Shown here piece after piece: positions 19,846 to 28,329 of a DNA stretch of 64,000 bases (positions are counted from its first letter, which is position 1; each line of letters opens with the position of its first letter). Under the pieces are notes generated by a model. The model searched no databases, was not told the DNA's origin, and worked only from the letters and a program-made list of their open reading frames with translations. The position numbers and the translations under genes were made by a program. Source of the DNA: an uncultured virus (IMG/VR IMGVR_UViG_3300009164_003041) (Duplodnaviria; Heunggongvirae; Uroviricota; Caudoviricetes); IMG/VR virus record IMGVR_UViG_3300009164_003041; one strand, written 5' to 3'.

Positions 19846-20305
19846 AGACATGGCAGCAGCTAGGTTTGCTGCTCAAGCAGAACAACGCAGTAGAGTTAAG
19901 GATCAGGCTAAGCGAATGATCTGGGTAACTTTTCAGCGTGAAGGTGTTCACAAGTATCCTGGAGCAGACACTGATCCAGCACTAGCAACGGGCGATGAGT
20001 TCGATGTTAGTTTTCTAGGTTTCCCTCACCGACACATCTTTCATTTCAAGGTGGGGATTCAAGTATTTCACAACGACCGAGACATCGAGTTTATTCAGTT
20101 CAAGCGTTGGATCGAAAAGAGTTTCAACGACGGGCTTATGCAACTAGACTATCGTTCGTGTGAAATGGTTAGCGATGAGCTATATGACATGATTGCGACT
20201 CGTTATCCTAAGCGTGACATTGAGATTACTGTTTCAGAAGACGGTGAGAACGGTGCCACAATCTACTACAACATTTTTAAACCTGTACAATCAATCGCCA
20301 TCTAA
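19823..20305 (+). CDS. QueD-like T-fold protein, candidate CDG decarboxylase (DpdL-like)
   Basis: LGFPHRHIF (LxxxHRHxF), SCEM, VSEDGENGA; overlaps dpdA 3' end; start codon uncertain. Confidence 0.65.
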   Translation: MMMATNIEDMAAARFAAQAEQRSRVKDQAKRMIWVTFQREGVHKYPGADTDPALATGDEFDVSFLGFPHRHIFHFKVGIQVFHNDRDIEFIQFKRWIEKSFNDGLMQLDYRSCEMVSDELYDMIATRYPKRDIEITVSEDGENGATIYYNIFKPVQSIAI

Positions 20306-20316
20306 GGAGTTTTTCA

Positions 20317-20601
20317 ATGGCAAATCTTAATAACAAGTCTAACGTTAACCAGATTTTCAACGATTTGGAGCTGTACCGTGATTTCTGTAGGGAATACGGT
20401 TATAAGTTCGATGAACGAGACTTGTATAGCGGTCAGAGTTATGTCTGGCGTCAATACCAAAAGTCTCTTGCAGGTAAGCCTGTGAAGGATCAATGGGAAG
20501 TTGACCGTATCCGATTCAAGGAACAAGCGGAGCAAAATGCCCAGCGCAAGAGTTTTGCACCGCCCCGCTATAAGACCCAGAGTTTCCGCAAGCGTGTATA
20601 A
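20317..20601 (+). CDS. hypothetical phage protein
   Basis: AAGGAG SD; DFCREYGYKFDE. Confidence 0.7.
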   Translation: MANLNNKSNVNQIFNDLELYRDFCREYGYKFDERDLYSGQSYVWRQYQKSLAGKPVKDQWEVDRIRFKEQAEQNAQRKSFAPPRYKTQSFRKRV

Positions 20602-21349
20602 CACAGTTGTCATTATCACGGGCGGGTTCGATCCGCTTCATAGTGGTCATTTAAGTTACATTAAAGCCGCCCGTGATCTTGGCGATCTTCTTATTGTAGG
20701 AGTAAACAGTGATGAATGGCTGGTCCGTAAAAAGGGCCGGTCATTCATGCCTTCTAGTGAGCGCCGTCACATACTTGCATCTATACAAGGTGTAGACCAA
20801 GCAGTGGAATTCAATGACCGCGATGGAACTGGTAAAGCAGTAATCAAATGGGTTAGGCTCACTTATCCCAAAGCTAAGATTATCTTTGCAAACGGCGGTG
20901 ATCGTACTGCTGATAATATTCCAGAAATGGATATTAAAGATGACAATCTTGAATTTGTGTTCGGTGTAGGTGGCGAAGATAAGGCTAATAGTTCTAGCTG
21001 GATTCTTGAAGAATGGAAGTCCCCTAAAACTAACCGAGACTGGGGTTACTATCGTGTACTTCATGAAAATGGATTTCAAGTAAAGCTAAAAGAACTCACC
21101 GTTGATTCGGGTAAGAGTTTAAGTATGCAGCGACACTTCAAACGGTCCGAACTTTGGTTCGTTGCAGAAGGAACAGCAACCCTGTGGATTTCGGACACCG
21201 AAGAGGTTGCAAATTACAATCAGTTCGAGTATATTAATATAGTACAGGATAGCTGGCACCGGCTATCTAATCAGACAGATCAACCGTTGAAGATCATTGA
21301 GATTCAATACGGCGAAGAGTGCATTGAAGAAGACATAGAGAGAAAATAA
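20594..21349 (+). CDS. cytidylyltransferase-like (HxGH) fused to cupin (mannose-6-phosphate isomerase type II-like) domain
   Basis: GGFDPLHSGH, GVNSD, ANGGDR; RDWGYY, LSMQRHFKRSELW, HRLSN, IIEIQYG; GTG start inferred. Confidence 0.85.
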   Translation: MYNTVVIITGGFDPLHSGHLSYIKAARDLGDLLIVGVNSDEWLVRKKGRSFMPSSERRHILASIQGVDQAVEFNDRDGTGKAVIKWVRLTYPKAKIIFANGGDRTADNIPEMDIKDDNLEFVFGVGGEDKANSSSWILEEWKSPKTNRDWGYYRVLHENGFQVKLKELTVDSGKSLSMQRHFKRSELWFVAEGTATLWISDTEEVANYNQFEYINIVQDSWHRLSNQTDQPLKIIEIQYGEECIEEDIERK

Positions 21350-21350
21350 T

Positions 21351-22541
21351 ATGCGTAGATTATACTATATGGGACTTGAAGCGTATAACGCTCGTTATAC
21401 ATTACAACTAACCGACTGGAACAAGAGTGTCTTTGATCGGCGCGGGCTTGATGTTACTTATGTTCCCGGAGAGACTCTTGATGACAGTCAGAAGATTGTA
21501 GTCGGTCAAGTTCTTGATGCACATGGTCGCTCTTACTTTGCGATGAGCCAGATGATGAATCTGGTTAAGATGATGCAGCAAGGTGAGGTCACTAATGAAG
21601 ACGTAATCTACTTCGAAGACATGTTCCAGCCAGGCTTTGAAAGCCTCGGCTACATTATCAACCAAGTTCCCGATAATCTTCGCCCTCGTATCTTTGTTCG
21701 CTGCCTTGCTCAAGCAATTGATCCGGATGACTTTGTTCATGTTTGGGGAATGTCTAAGTGGATGAGTGACTATGAGCGCATGGTCAACGAAATCGTTTCT
21801 ATCTCAGGTGGTGCAGTTCTTGCGACTAACGAAGAAATGGTAATGCACATGAAGGTAGCAGGTTGGACTGCTCCCATCTATAATATCTCCGGTCTTGCTT
21901 TTGGTAAGAATGAAGTAATTCAACGTCTTGATGACAAGCTTAGGAACTTCATTGATCGCCGTCTGCGTGTAGTGTTCTCTGCACGTTGGGATCAAGAGAA
22001 GCAGCCTGATTTCTATATGGACCTTGTTGAAGCATGGAAAGAACGTTTCCCTAGCAAGGATGTAGAGTTTGTTGTTTGCAGCGGTAGTTCGCTGAAGTCA
22101 AACAATGAAAGCTACATGGCTCGTACTCGTAAGATGCAAGATACCGGTAAACTCACTGTCTACGAAAATCTAAGCAAGCAGAAGTATTACGAAATCCTCA
22201 ATGATAGTCGTGTCGTGTTCAACTGTGCGCTACAAGATTGGGTATCGAATACTGTAAGTGAAGCTGATGCTCTGGGATGTAATGTACTTTATCCTGCTTA
22301 TCGTAGCTTCCCCGAGACGTTTGCAAATGATTGTGAGCGTATGTATATTCCTTGGTCGATTGACGATGCTGTGAACAAGCTGGATCCGTTGCTTCGTAAG
22401 GCACATGTTAACATGGGAAAGATCAGTGATTGGACTGACAAGACGGTTGATCGTATCATTGACATCATTGAAGGTAAGGGTGATAAGTGGTTGCGTATGT
22501 CAACTGACTATCGAAAGCATTCTAAGGAAGCAAAGTATTAA
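21351..22541 (+). CDS. GT-B glycosyltransferase
   Basis: FSARWDQEKQPD, VSEADALGC, SFPE. Confidence 0.75.
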   Translation: MRRLYYMGLEAYNARYTLQLTDWNKSVFDRRGLDVTYVPGETLDDSQKIVVGQVLDAHGRSYFAMSQMMNLVKMMQQGEVTNEDVIYFEDMFQPGFESLGYIINQVPDNLRPRIFVRCLAQAIDPDDFVHVWGMSKWMSDYERMVNEIVSISGGAVLATNEEMVMHMKVAGWTAPIYNISGLAFGKNEVIQRLDDKLRNFIDRRLRVVFSARWDQEKQPDFYMDLVEAWKERFPSKDVEFVVCSGSSLKSNNESYMARTRKMQDTGKLTVYENLSKQKYYEILNDSRVVFNCALQDWVSNTVSEADALGCNVLYPAYRSFPETFANDCERMYIPWSIDDAVNKLDPLLRKAHVNMGKISDWTDKTVDRIIDIIEGKGDKWLRMSTDYRKHSKEAKY

Positions 22542-22542
22542 T

Positions 22543-22764
22543 ATGGAAAAGCTATATGCTGAATATCTGACTATTCATGCTACCAAGCTACAAGAGGGGC
22601 ATGATGCACTTGAAGTTGCAGGTGTGCTTGTAGCACAGGCACTTAGCATTTATAAAACGGTACTGTCTAAAGAAGACTATGACGGCATCGTAGATACCAT
22701 CAGTGAGTCCAGAGATCAAATTAAAACCATTCAACCTAGTTATGACGGAGTTACAATTCAGTGA
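22543..22764 (+). CDS. hypothetical protein
   Basis: ORF filling gap between GT and guaC. Confidence 0.6.
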   Translation: MEKLYAEYLTIHATKLQEGHDALEVAGVLVAQALSIYKTVLSKEDYDGIVDTISESRDQIKTIQPSYDGVTIQ

Positions 22765-23828
22765 GAATTGAAAACGAGGTACTACTCGATTTTAGTGATG
22801 TGTTGATTCGTCCAAAGCGGTCAACTCTTTCTAGTCGCAAGGATGTTGTACTAGAGCGTACCTATAAGTTCAAGCATAGTCGTGTTCAGTGGCGTGGTAT
22901 TCCTATCATGGCTGCTAACATGGATGGTGTAGGCACTATTGAAATGGCAACTGCACTAGACAAACTTAATTTGTTTACTTGTCTAGTAAAGACCAATGCA
23001 ACGATTCCTTCTGAATTGTCACCTTATCGCTATGCAGTAAGCACTGGTACTAGTGAAAAAGATTTTGAGCGTTTGCAGTCTATTATGACTGAAAATCCTC
23101 AAGTTCAATTCATTTGCGTTGACGTTGCTAATGGATACAGCGAAGCATTCGGTGACTTCATTGAATTAGTTCGCAAGACCTATCCAGATCGTACAATTAT
23201 TGCAGGTAACGTTGTTACCGCAGACATGACACAGGAGTTAATTTTACGTGGAGCAGACATTGTTAAAGTGGGCATCGGTCCTGGGAGCGTTTGCACAACT
23301 CGTATTCAAACTGGCGTTGGCTATCCTCAGCTTAGTGCTATTATGGATTGCGCTGATGCTGCTCACGGGCTTGGGGGACACATTATCGCCGACGGAGGAT
23401 GCACCTGTCCAGGAGATGTTGCTAAAGCATTCGGTGCCGGTGCGGATTTCGTAATGCTAGGAGGGATGCTTGCCGGACATGATGAAGGCGGTGGAGAAAT
23501 GTTCACTCGCTGGAAGCAAACCGGATACTACACTGAGGAAGGTGATCCTATTTTACAAGGAGATCGCAAAGTTCAGTTCTACGGCATGAGCAGCGGTACT
23601 GCTATGGAGAAGCATCACGGTGGCATTGCAAATTATCGTAGTAGCGAAGGCAGAACCGTAGAGATTCCATACAAGGGCCCAGTAGAAGCTACAATTCTTG
23701 ATATTCTTGGAGGGATTCGTAGCACCTGTACTTATGTTGGTGCAAATGAACTTAAGCATCTAAGCAAATGCACAACGTTTGTTCGGGTAAACAAACAATT
23801 TAATAACGTGTTCGTAGGTAATAAATAA
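22761..23828 (+). CDS. guaC: GMP reductase
   Basis: [45 protein letters not shown]. Confidence 0.95.
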   Translation: MRIENEVLLDFSDVLIRPKRSTLSSRKDVVLERTYKFKHSRVQWRGIPIMAANMDGVGTIEMATALDKLNLFTCLVKTNATIPSELSPYRYAVSTGTSEKDFERLQSIMTENPQVQFICVDVANGYSEAFGDFIELVRKTYPDRTIIAGNVVTADMTQELILRGADIVKVGIGPGSVCTTRIQTGVGYPQLSAIMDCADAAHGLGGHIIADGGCTCPGDVAKAFGAGADFVMLGGMLAGHDEGGGEMFTRWKQTGYYTEEGDPILQGDRKVQFYGMSSGTAMEKHHGGIANYRSSEGRTVEIPYKGPVEATILDILGGIRSTCTYVGANELKHLSKCTTFVRVNKQFNNVFVGNK

Positions 23829-23889
23829 TAACGTAACACAACGGTTACGCTACATTTGACAATTATCCGTGTAAGGAAGGAGAATAATA
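23822..23889 (+). promoter_or_regulatory. TAAATA promoter plus structured 5' leader of folE
   Basis: TAAATA 23822-27; hairpin CGTAAC/GTTACG 23832-49; loop region complementary to CCGTGT next to the SD. Confidence 0.45.
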
Positions 23890-24570
23890 ATGTCATACAA
23901 TAAAACTAAGACCGATCCCGAATTGGGTCAACGAGTTCACGAATATCTCGTGCAAATGGGAGTTGAAACTCCTACTAAGCCAAACAATCTTGATCGTAAA
24001 GACAAGATCGAAATCATTGAATCACACTTTGCAAAGATTATGGAAACACTAGGACTTGATCTTAGTGATGACAGTCTTATGGACACGCCAAAGCGTGTTG
24101 CTAAGATGTACACAAATGAAATCTTTTGGGGTCTTGACTACGAAGCATTCCCTAAGTGTACAACTGTTGCGAATAAGATGGGCTATGATGAAATGGTAGT
24201 TGAACGTAACGTGAATGTACAGTCCAACTGCGAACATCATTTTGTGATCATTGATGGGCTTGCTACTGTTGCATATGTTCCTAACGAAAAGGTTCTTGGT
24301 CTTTCAAAGATCAATCGTATTGTTGAGTATTTCAGCAAGCGTCCTCAGATTCAAGAACGCCTGACTGAACAAGTATTCCATACTCTCTGCTACATTCTCG
24401 AAACTGATAACGTAGCAGTCATGATTGATGCACAGCATTACTGTGTCAAGAGCCGCGGTGTTGAAGATACTGGTTCTTCAACAGTCACTACTAAACTCGG
24501 TGGTGGATTCAAGACTGATCCTGCTGCTCGTGCTGAGTTTCTTAGCATTGCACGAATGGGTAAATGCTAA
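23890..24570 (+). CDS. folE: GTP cyclohydrolase I
   Basis: TPKRVAKM, SNCEHHF, GLSKINR, RPQIQERLT, HYCVKSRGV. Confidence 0.96.
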   Translation: MSYNKTKTDPELGQRVHEYLVQMGVETPTKPNNLDRKDKIEIIESHFAKIMETLGLDLSDDSLMDTPKRVAKMYTNEIFWGLDYEAFPKCTTVANKMGYDEMVVERNVNVQSNCEHHFVIIDGLATVAYVPNEKVLGLSKINRIVEYFSKRPQIQERLTEQVFHTLCYILETDNVAVMIDAQHYCVKSRGVEDTGSSTVTTKLGGGFKTDPAARAEFLSIARMGKC

Positions 24571-24887
24571 ACAGAATGACCAACGCCGAACGTAACGAGA
24601 AGATAATTGAGGGGATGCATAAACAAACGCAAGAGCGCCTCAATGATCCTGATAAGTTCAGGGAATGGTACCGACAAATTCAGGGTCCGAAGTTAAAAGA
24701 ACTTGAAGGTAAGGAAGCGGAACATATGCTTCTAGTGTTGACATTAGTAGAACCATACAAAAGCACTAATAATCAAAGAACTGCAACCGACTTCTACGAA
24801 CATGCTGGCAAAGAATACAGAGTAACATATGGATTGGGTGACAATCCGTTGGTAGAGGAAATATTATATGATATTCAACAAGATTAA
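24564..24887 (+). CDS. hypothetical protein
   Basis: Overlap-coupled ORF. Confidence 0.6.
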   Translation: MLNRMTNAERNEKIIEGMHKQTQERLNDPDKFREWYRQIQGPKLKELEGKEAEHMLLVLTLVEPYKSTNNQRTATDFYEHAGKEYRVTYGLGDNPLVEEILYDIQQD

Positions 24888-25338
24888 AGAACTCAAAGAG
24901 AAGGGCCTCAATATTGGCATTACCTTCTCGACCTTTGACATGCTTCATGCAGGTCATATTGCTATGCTTGCAGAAGCAAAGAATCATTGTGACTACTTGA
25001 TTTGCGGATTGCAGACTGATCCTACTATTGATCGTCCTGACACAAAGAACAAGCCAGTTCAAAGTATCGTGGAACGACAGATTCAACTTAGTGCTTGTCG
25101 CTTTGTTGATGAGATTGTTATCTACGAAACAGAGAAAGATTTGGTGGATTTGTTGTTGACACTTCCACTTGATTGTCGTATACTAGGGGTAGAGTATGAA
25201 GATAAAGACTTTACCGGAAAGCAAGATTGTCTCGCTCGTGGTATTGAACTTGTATTCAATGGTCGTGATCACAGCTTTAGTAGTAGCAATCTACGCAAAC
25301 GTGTAGCAGAAGCAGAAAGGAACAAAAATGGAGCCTGA
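24868..25338 (+). CDS. cytidylyltransferase (glycerol-3-phosphate cytidylyltransferase/TagD-like)
   Basis: STFDMLHAGH, GLQTDP, RDHSFSSS. Confidence 0.85.
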   Translation: MIFNKIKELKEKGLNIGITFSTFDMLHAGHIAMLAEAKNHCDYLICGLQTDPTIDRPDTKNKPVQSIVERQIQLSACRFVDEIVIYETEKDLVDLLLTLPLDCRILGVEYEDKDFTGKQDCLARGIELVFNGRDHSFSSSNLRKRVAEAERNKNGA

Positions 25339-25549
25339 AAAGTTTGATAAGAAGAAGTACGATAACCTGTTCACGAGTTTGAATTTCTCGTTTACAGTAC
25401 CGACTAATGCATACCAGTTTCCCAAATATAAGAAGGAAACCGTTGAAGAAATGATAGCACGGTTGGACGAAGCTGATGCAGTAATTGATGCGATGACCTC
25501 GTATCCCACTGCTGAAAAAATGCTTAACGAATTGTATGGAAAAGCATGA
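25328..25549 (+). CDS. hypothetical protein
   Basis: Coupled ORF. Confidence 0.55.
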   Translation: MEPEKFDKKKYDNLFTSLNFSFTVPTNAYQFPKYKKETVEEMIARLDEADAVIDAMTSYPTAEKMLNELYGKA

Positions 25550-25754
25550 GCTTGATCTACATGGTGTAAGACACCATGAGGTAGATGCGGCAGTGGAGAA
25601 CTTTATTCTGATGAATCAGAATAATTTTCCACTAACTATCATATGCGGTAACAGTGTGAGAATGATTAGGCTAACAGAAACAGTGATAAATCGGATTGGG
25701 TGTGCTTCTTTTGTACTAAGATTCGGAACTATTATTGTTAGTGGGTTTAAATAA
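25536..25754 (+). CDS. small Smr-domain-like protein
   Basis: ELDLHGV, IICGNS. Confidence 0.55.
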   Translation: MEKHELDLHGVRHHEVDAAVENFILMNQNNFPLTIICGNSVRMIRLTETVINRIGCASFVLRFGTIIVSGFK

Positions 25755-25756
25755 GG

Positions 25757-25838
25757 TAAATAAGAATAGCGGTCTTGGCGTCATTCCCGCTTTACAAACT
25801 CTGCCGCCTATGCTAATATTAACATAGGAGATTAAAAT
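25757..25838 (+). ncRNA. candidate preQ1-I-like riboswitch leader of queD
   Basis: TAAATA 25757-62; P1 AGCGG/CCGCT; A-rich tail; loop GGCG pairs with CGCC; competing CCTATG/CATAGG hairpin over the SD. Confidence 0.55.
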
Positions 25839-26345
25839 ATGGCAAATCAACCAGTAAGTTACAAGTACACGAGTACTAAAGAGTATCATGATTCGTTTCC
25901 GTGCGCCTATCGTCAGTGGCGTGCTGACAGTCATTGTAATTTGATTCACGGTTATAGTTTTAGTATCAAAGTTTATTTTGGTACTGACAACTTAGATGTT
26001 CGCAATTGGGCTGCTGACTACGGTGGCTTGAAAGAACTTAAGAAGATTCTCGAAGATCAGTTTGACCATACGCTGTTGGTTGCACAGGATGATCCAGAAC
26101 TCGAAACGTTCAAGATGCTTGAAGAAAAGAAGATGGCCAAGTTGACTATTCTTCCTGCACTTGGTTGTGAATCTCTTGCAGATATGATCTATAAGTTCAT
26201 CAACACTGTGTATCTCCCTGACTATTACGGTCCTTCCGAAGCTGAACGTCTTTGGTGCTATCGTGTTGAAGTTCGTGAAACGCAGAGCAATATGGCTTTC
26301 CGTGAAGGTCATCGTGAATGGAATGAAGACTTAATAGATGGTTAA
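25839..26345 (+). CDS. queD: 6-carboxy-5,6,7,8-tetrahydropterin synthase
   Basis: CNLIHGYS, DYGGLK, FDHTLL, GCE, EVRET. Confidence 0.9.
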   Translation: MANQPVSYKYTSTKEYHDSFPCAYRQWRADSHCNLIHGYSFSIKVYFGTDNLDVRNWAADYGGLKELKKILEDQFDHTLLVAQDDPELETFKMLEEKKMAKLTILPALGCESLADMIYKFINTVYLPDYYGPSEAERLWCYRVEVRETQSNMAFREGHREWNEDLIDG

Positions 26346-26538
26346 ATGTGCAGTGTGCGGCAACCTTACTGAACAAGTGTATCATCATTTTTCTGACAGG
26401 AAACCACCGCACAACCAGCCGTATTTTGCAACTCTATATCACCGTGATCCTTTTTGGGGTGACGGTGATTTAGAGGAATACTGTGGTCCCAAATGCAGCA
26501 CTGCTGCATTCATCAAGACCCTCAGCGAAAAACAATAG
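26338..26538 (+). CDS. small zinc-finger protein
   Basis: CAVC...YCGPKC. Confidence 0.55.
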   Translation: MVKCAVCGNLTEQVYHHFSDRKPPHNQPYFATLYHRDPFWGDGDLEEYCGPKCSTAAFIKTLSEKQ

Positions 26539-26550
26539 TTATAGGACATT

Positions 26551-27102
26551 GTGATGGTTAAAATTAAGAAATACTCTCATGAGGATATCAAGGGAGCAGT
26601 TAACGAGTTGATTAGACAGATCACTCAAGATGGATGGCGTCCAGACTATGTAGTAGGTCTTACTAGGGGAGGATTACTCCCTGCTGTCATGCTCAGTCAT
26701 TACTTTGATGTACCTATGCATACTCTTAAGGTATGTCTTCGTGACAACATAGATACCGAATCTAACTGTTGGATGGCTGAAGAAGCATTTGGATATGTTT
26801 CAGAAGACGAACGTGATGTCATAAAGAGTCGATGGGACACAAAGAAACGCAGAAATATCCTGATCGTAGATGATATCAATGATAGCGGTGCTACCTTTGA
26901 ATGGATCAAGAAAGATTGGGCCTCCGGGTGTTTTCCAAAAGAAATTCAAGCATGGAATAGTGTTTGGGGACAGAATGTACGATTTGCTGCCCTGATTGAA
27001 AATGCATCTAGTGAGTTTGATGCAGAATATGTAAGCGAAGTCATTGACAAGTCAGAGAATGACATTTGGTGCCAGTTTCCTTGGGAGCAATGGTGGAAGT
27101 GA
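26551..27102 (+). CDS. purine phosphoribosyltransferase (Gpt-like)
   Basis: GLTRGGL, ILIVDDINDSGAT, WCQFPWE. Confidence 0.88.
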   Translation: MMVKIKKYSHEDIKGAVNELIRQITQDGWRPDYVVGLTRGGLLPAVMLSHYFDVPMHTLKVCLRDNIDTESNCWMAEEAFGYVSEDERDVIKSRWDTKKRRNILIVDDINDSGATFEWIKKDWASGCFPKEIQAWNSVWGQNVRFAALIENASSEFDAEYVSEVIDKSENDIWCQFPWEQWWK

Positions 27103-27506
27103 TGCGTGAAGACTTGATGGTTCAACAGCAGATAGATGGTCCTTGGCAACACATGGTTGGGGTCATCATGTTGAACCAAACGTCTCGTAAGCAAGTCAAG
27201 CAAGTTCTACCCAAGTTTCTACAAAAGTGGGACAAGGCTGAAAAGCTGTTAGCGGCAAGCGAAGATGATATCAAATCAATCGTAACTCCCCTTGGTATGA
27301 CAAATATCAGGGTAAAAAGATTATTAGGAATGAGTCGTGACTACTTGACATGGGATAAGAACGATGCTAAAGTGCTTTATGGTATAGGAAAGTACGGCAG
27401 CGATAGTTATGAGATTTTCTTCAAGAGTAACTATTCTGTGCAACCTACTGACAAAGAACTACTAAGGTATCTAAAGGACATGGATTATGGCGCAAATCAA
27501 GGTTAG
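27102..27506 (+). CDS. MBD4-like HhH DNA glycosylase
   Basis: PWQHMVGVIMLNQTS, PLGM, LYGIGKYGSDSYEIF, PTDKEL. Confidence 0.8.
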   Translation: MREDLMVQQQIDGPWQHMVGVIMLNQTSRKQVKQVLPKFLQKWDKAEKLLAASEDDIKSIVTPLGMTNIRVKRLLGMSRDYLTWDKNDAKVLYGIGKYGSDSYEIFFKSNYSVQPTDKELLRYLKDMDYGANQG

Positions 27507-28329
27507 TGAACTATTTTACTCTATTCAGGGTGAAGGCCGATATATGGGCGTCCCGAGTGTGTTTCTACGCACGTTCGGTTGTAATTTTAAGTGCGCCGGA
27601 TTCGGTATGCTGAAAGGGGAATTGTCGAGTGAAAGAGAAGAAGTTAATCCAGAAGATCACAAAGAATACGGGAACCTTCCGCTCGTCACTACAGGCTGTG
27701 ACTCGTATGCATCCTGGGATCCTCGCTTTAAGCATCTGTCTCCCGTTAGGGACATTGATTCCATTGTCGATAGTATTATGGAACTACTACCGTTCGGAGA
27801 ATGGCGAGACGAACACCTCGTCATCACAGGAGGAGAACCACTCTTAGGTTGGCAACGTGCTTATCCTGCATTGCTCGGTCATCCTAAGATGCGTGGTCTT
27901 AAGGAGATCACATTTGAGACAAACGGTACACAAGAACTAGATCCTAATTTCAAGAAATATCTACTTGAATGGTTGCAGCAAGATAACGATAGAGAGATTA
28001 CGTTTAGCGTTAGTGCTAAGTTAAGCTGTAGCGGTGAAATTCGTGAAGAAGCTATCAAGCCTGAAATCGTTCGCGGATATGAAGCTGTTGGTACTGCTTA
28101 TCTAAAGTTTGTGGTTGCGACTGAAGATGATATCGCAGAAGCATTGGAAGCTGCAACGCTCTATCGTGCTGCTGGGTTCCGAGGTCATGTATATCTGATG
28201 CCAGTCGGCGGTGTTGAAAGCGTTTATGCTCTCAACAACAAGAATGTTGTACTAGCTGCGATGAAGCACGGTGTTCGCTACAGTGATAGACTTCAAGTTC
28301 CTCTATTCAAGAATGCATGGGCTACATGA
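27487..28329 (+). CDS. queE: 7-carboxy-7-deazaguanine synthase (radical SAM)
   Basis: ELFYSIQGEG, FLRTFGCNFKC...GCDS, ITGGEPL, FETNGT, LMP, SDRLQ. Confidence 0.93.
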   Translation: MAQIKVSELFYSIQGEGRYMGVPSVFLRTFGCNFKCAGFGMLKGELSSEREEVNPEDHKEYGNLPLVTTGCDSYASWDPRFKHLSPVRDIDSIVDSIMELLPFGEWRDEHLVITGGEPLLGWQRAYPALLGHPKMRGLKEITFETNGTQELDPNFKKYLLEWLQQDNDREITFSVSAKLSCSGEIREEAIKPEIVRGYEAVGTAYLKFVVATEDDIAEALEAATLYRAAGFRGHVYLMPVGGVESVYALNNKNVVLAAMKHGVRYSDRLQVPLFKNAWAT

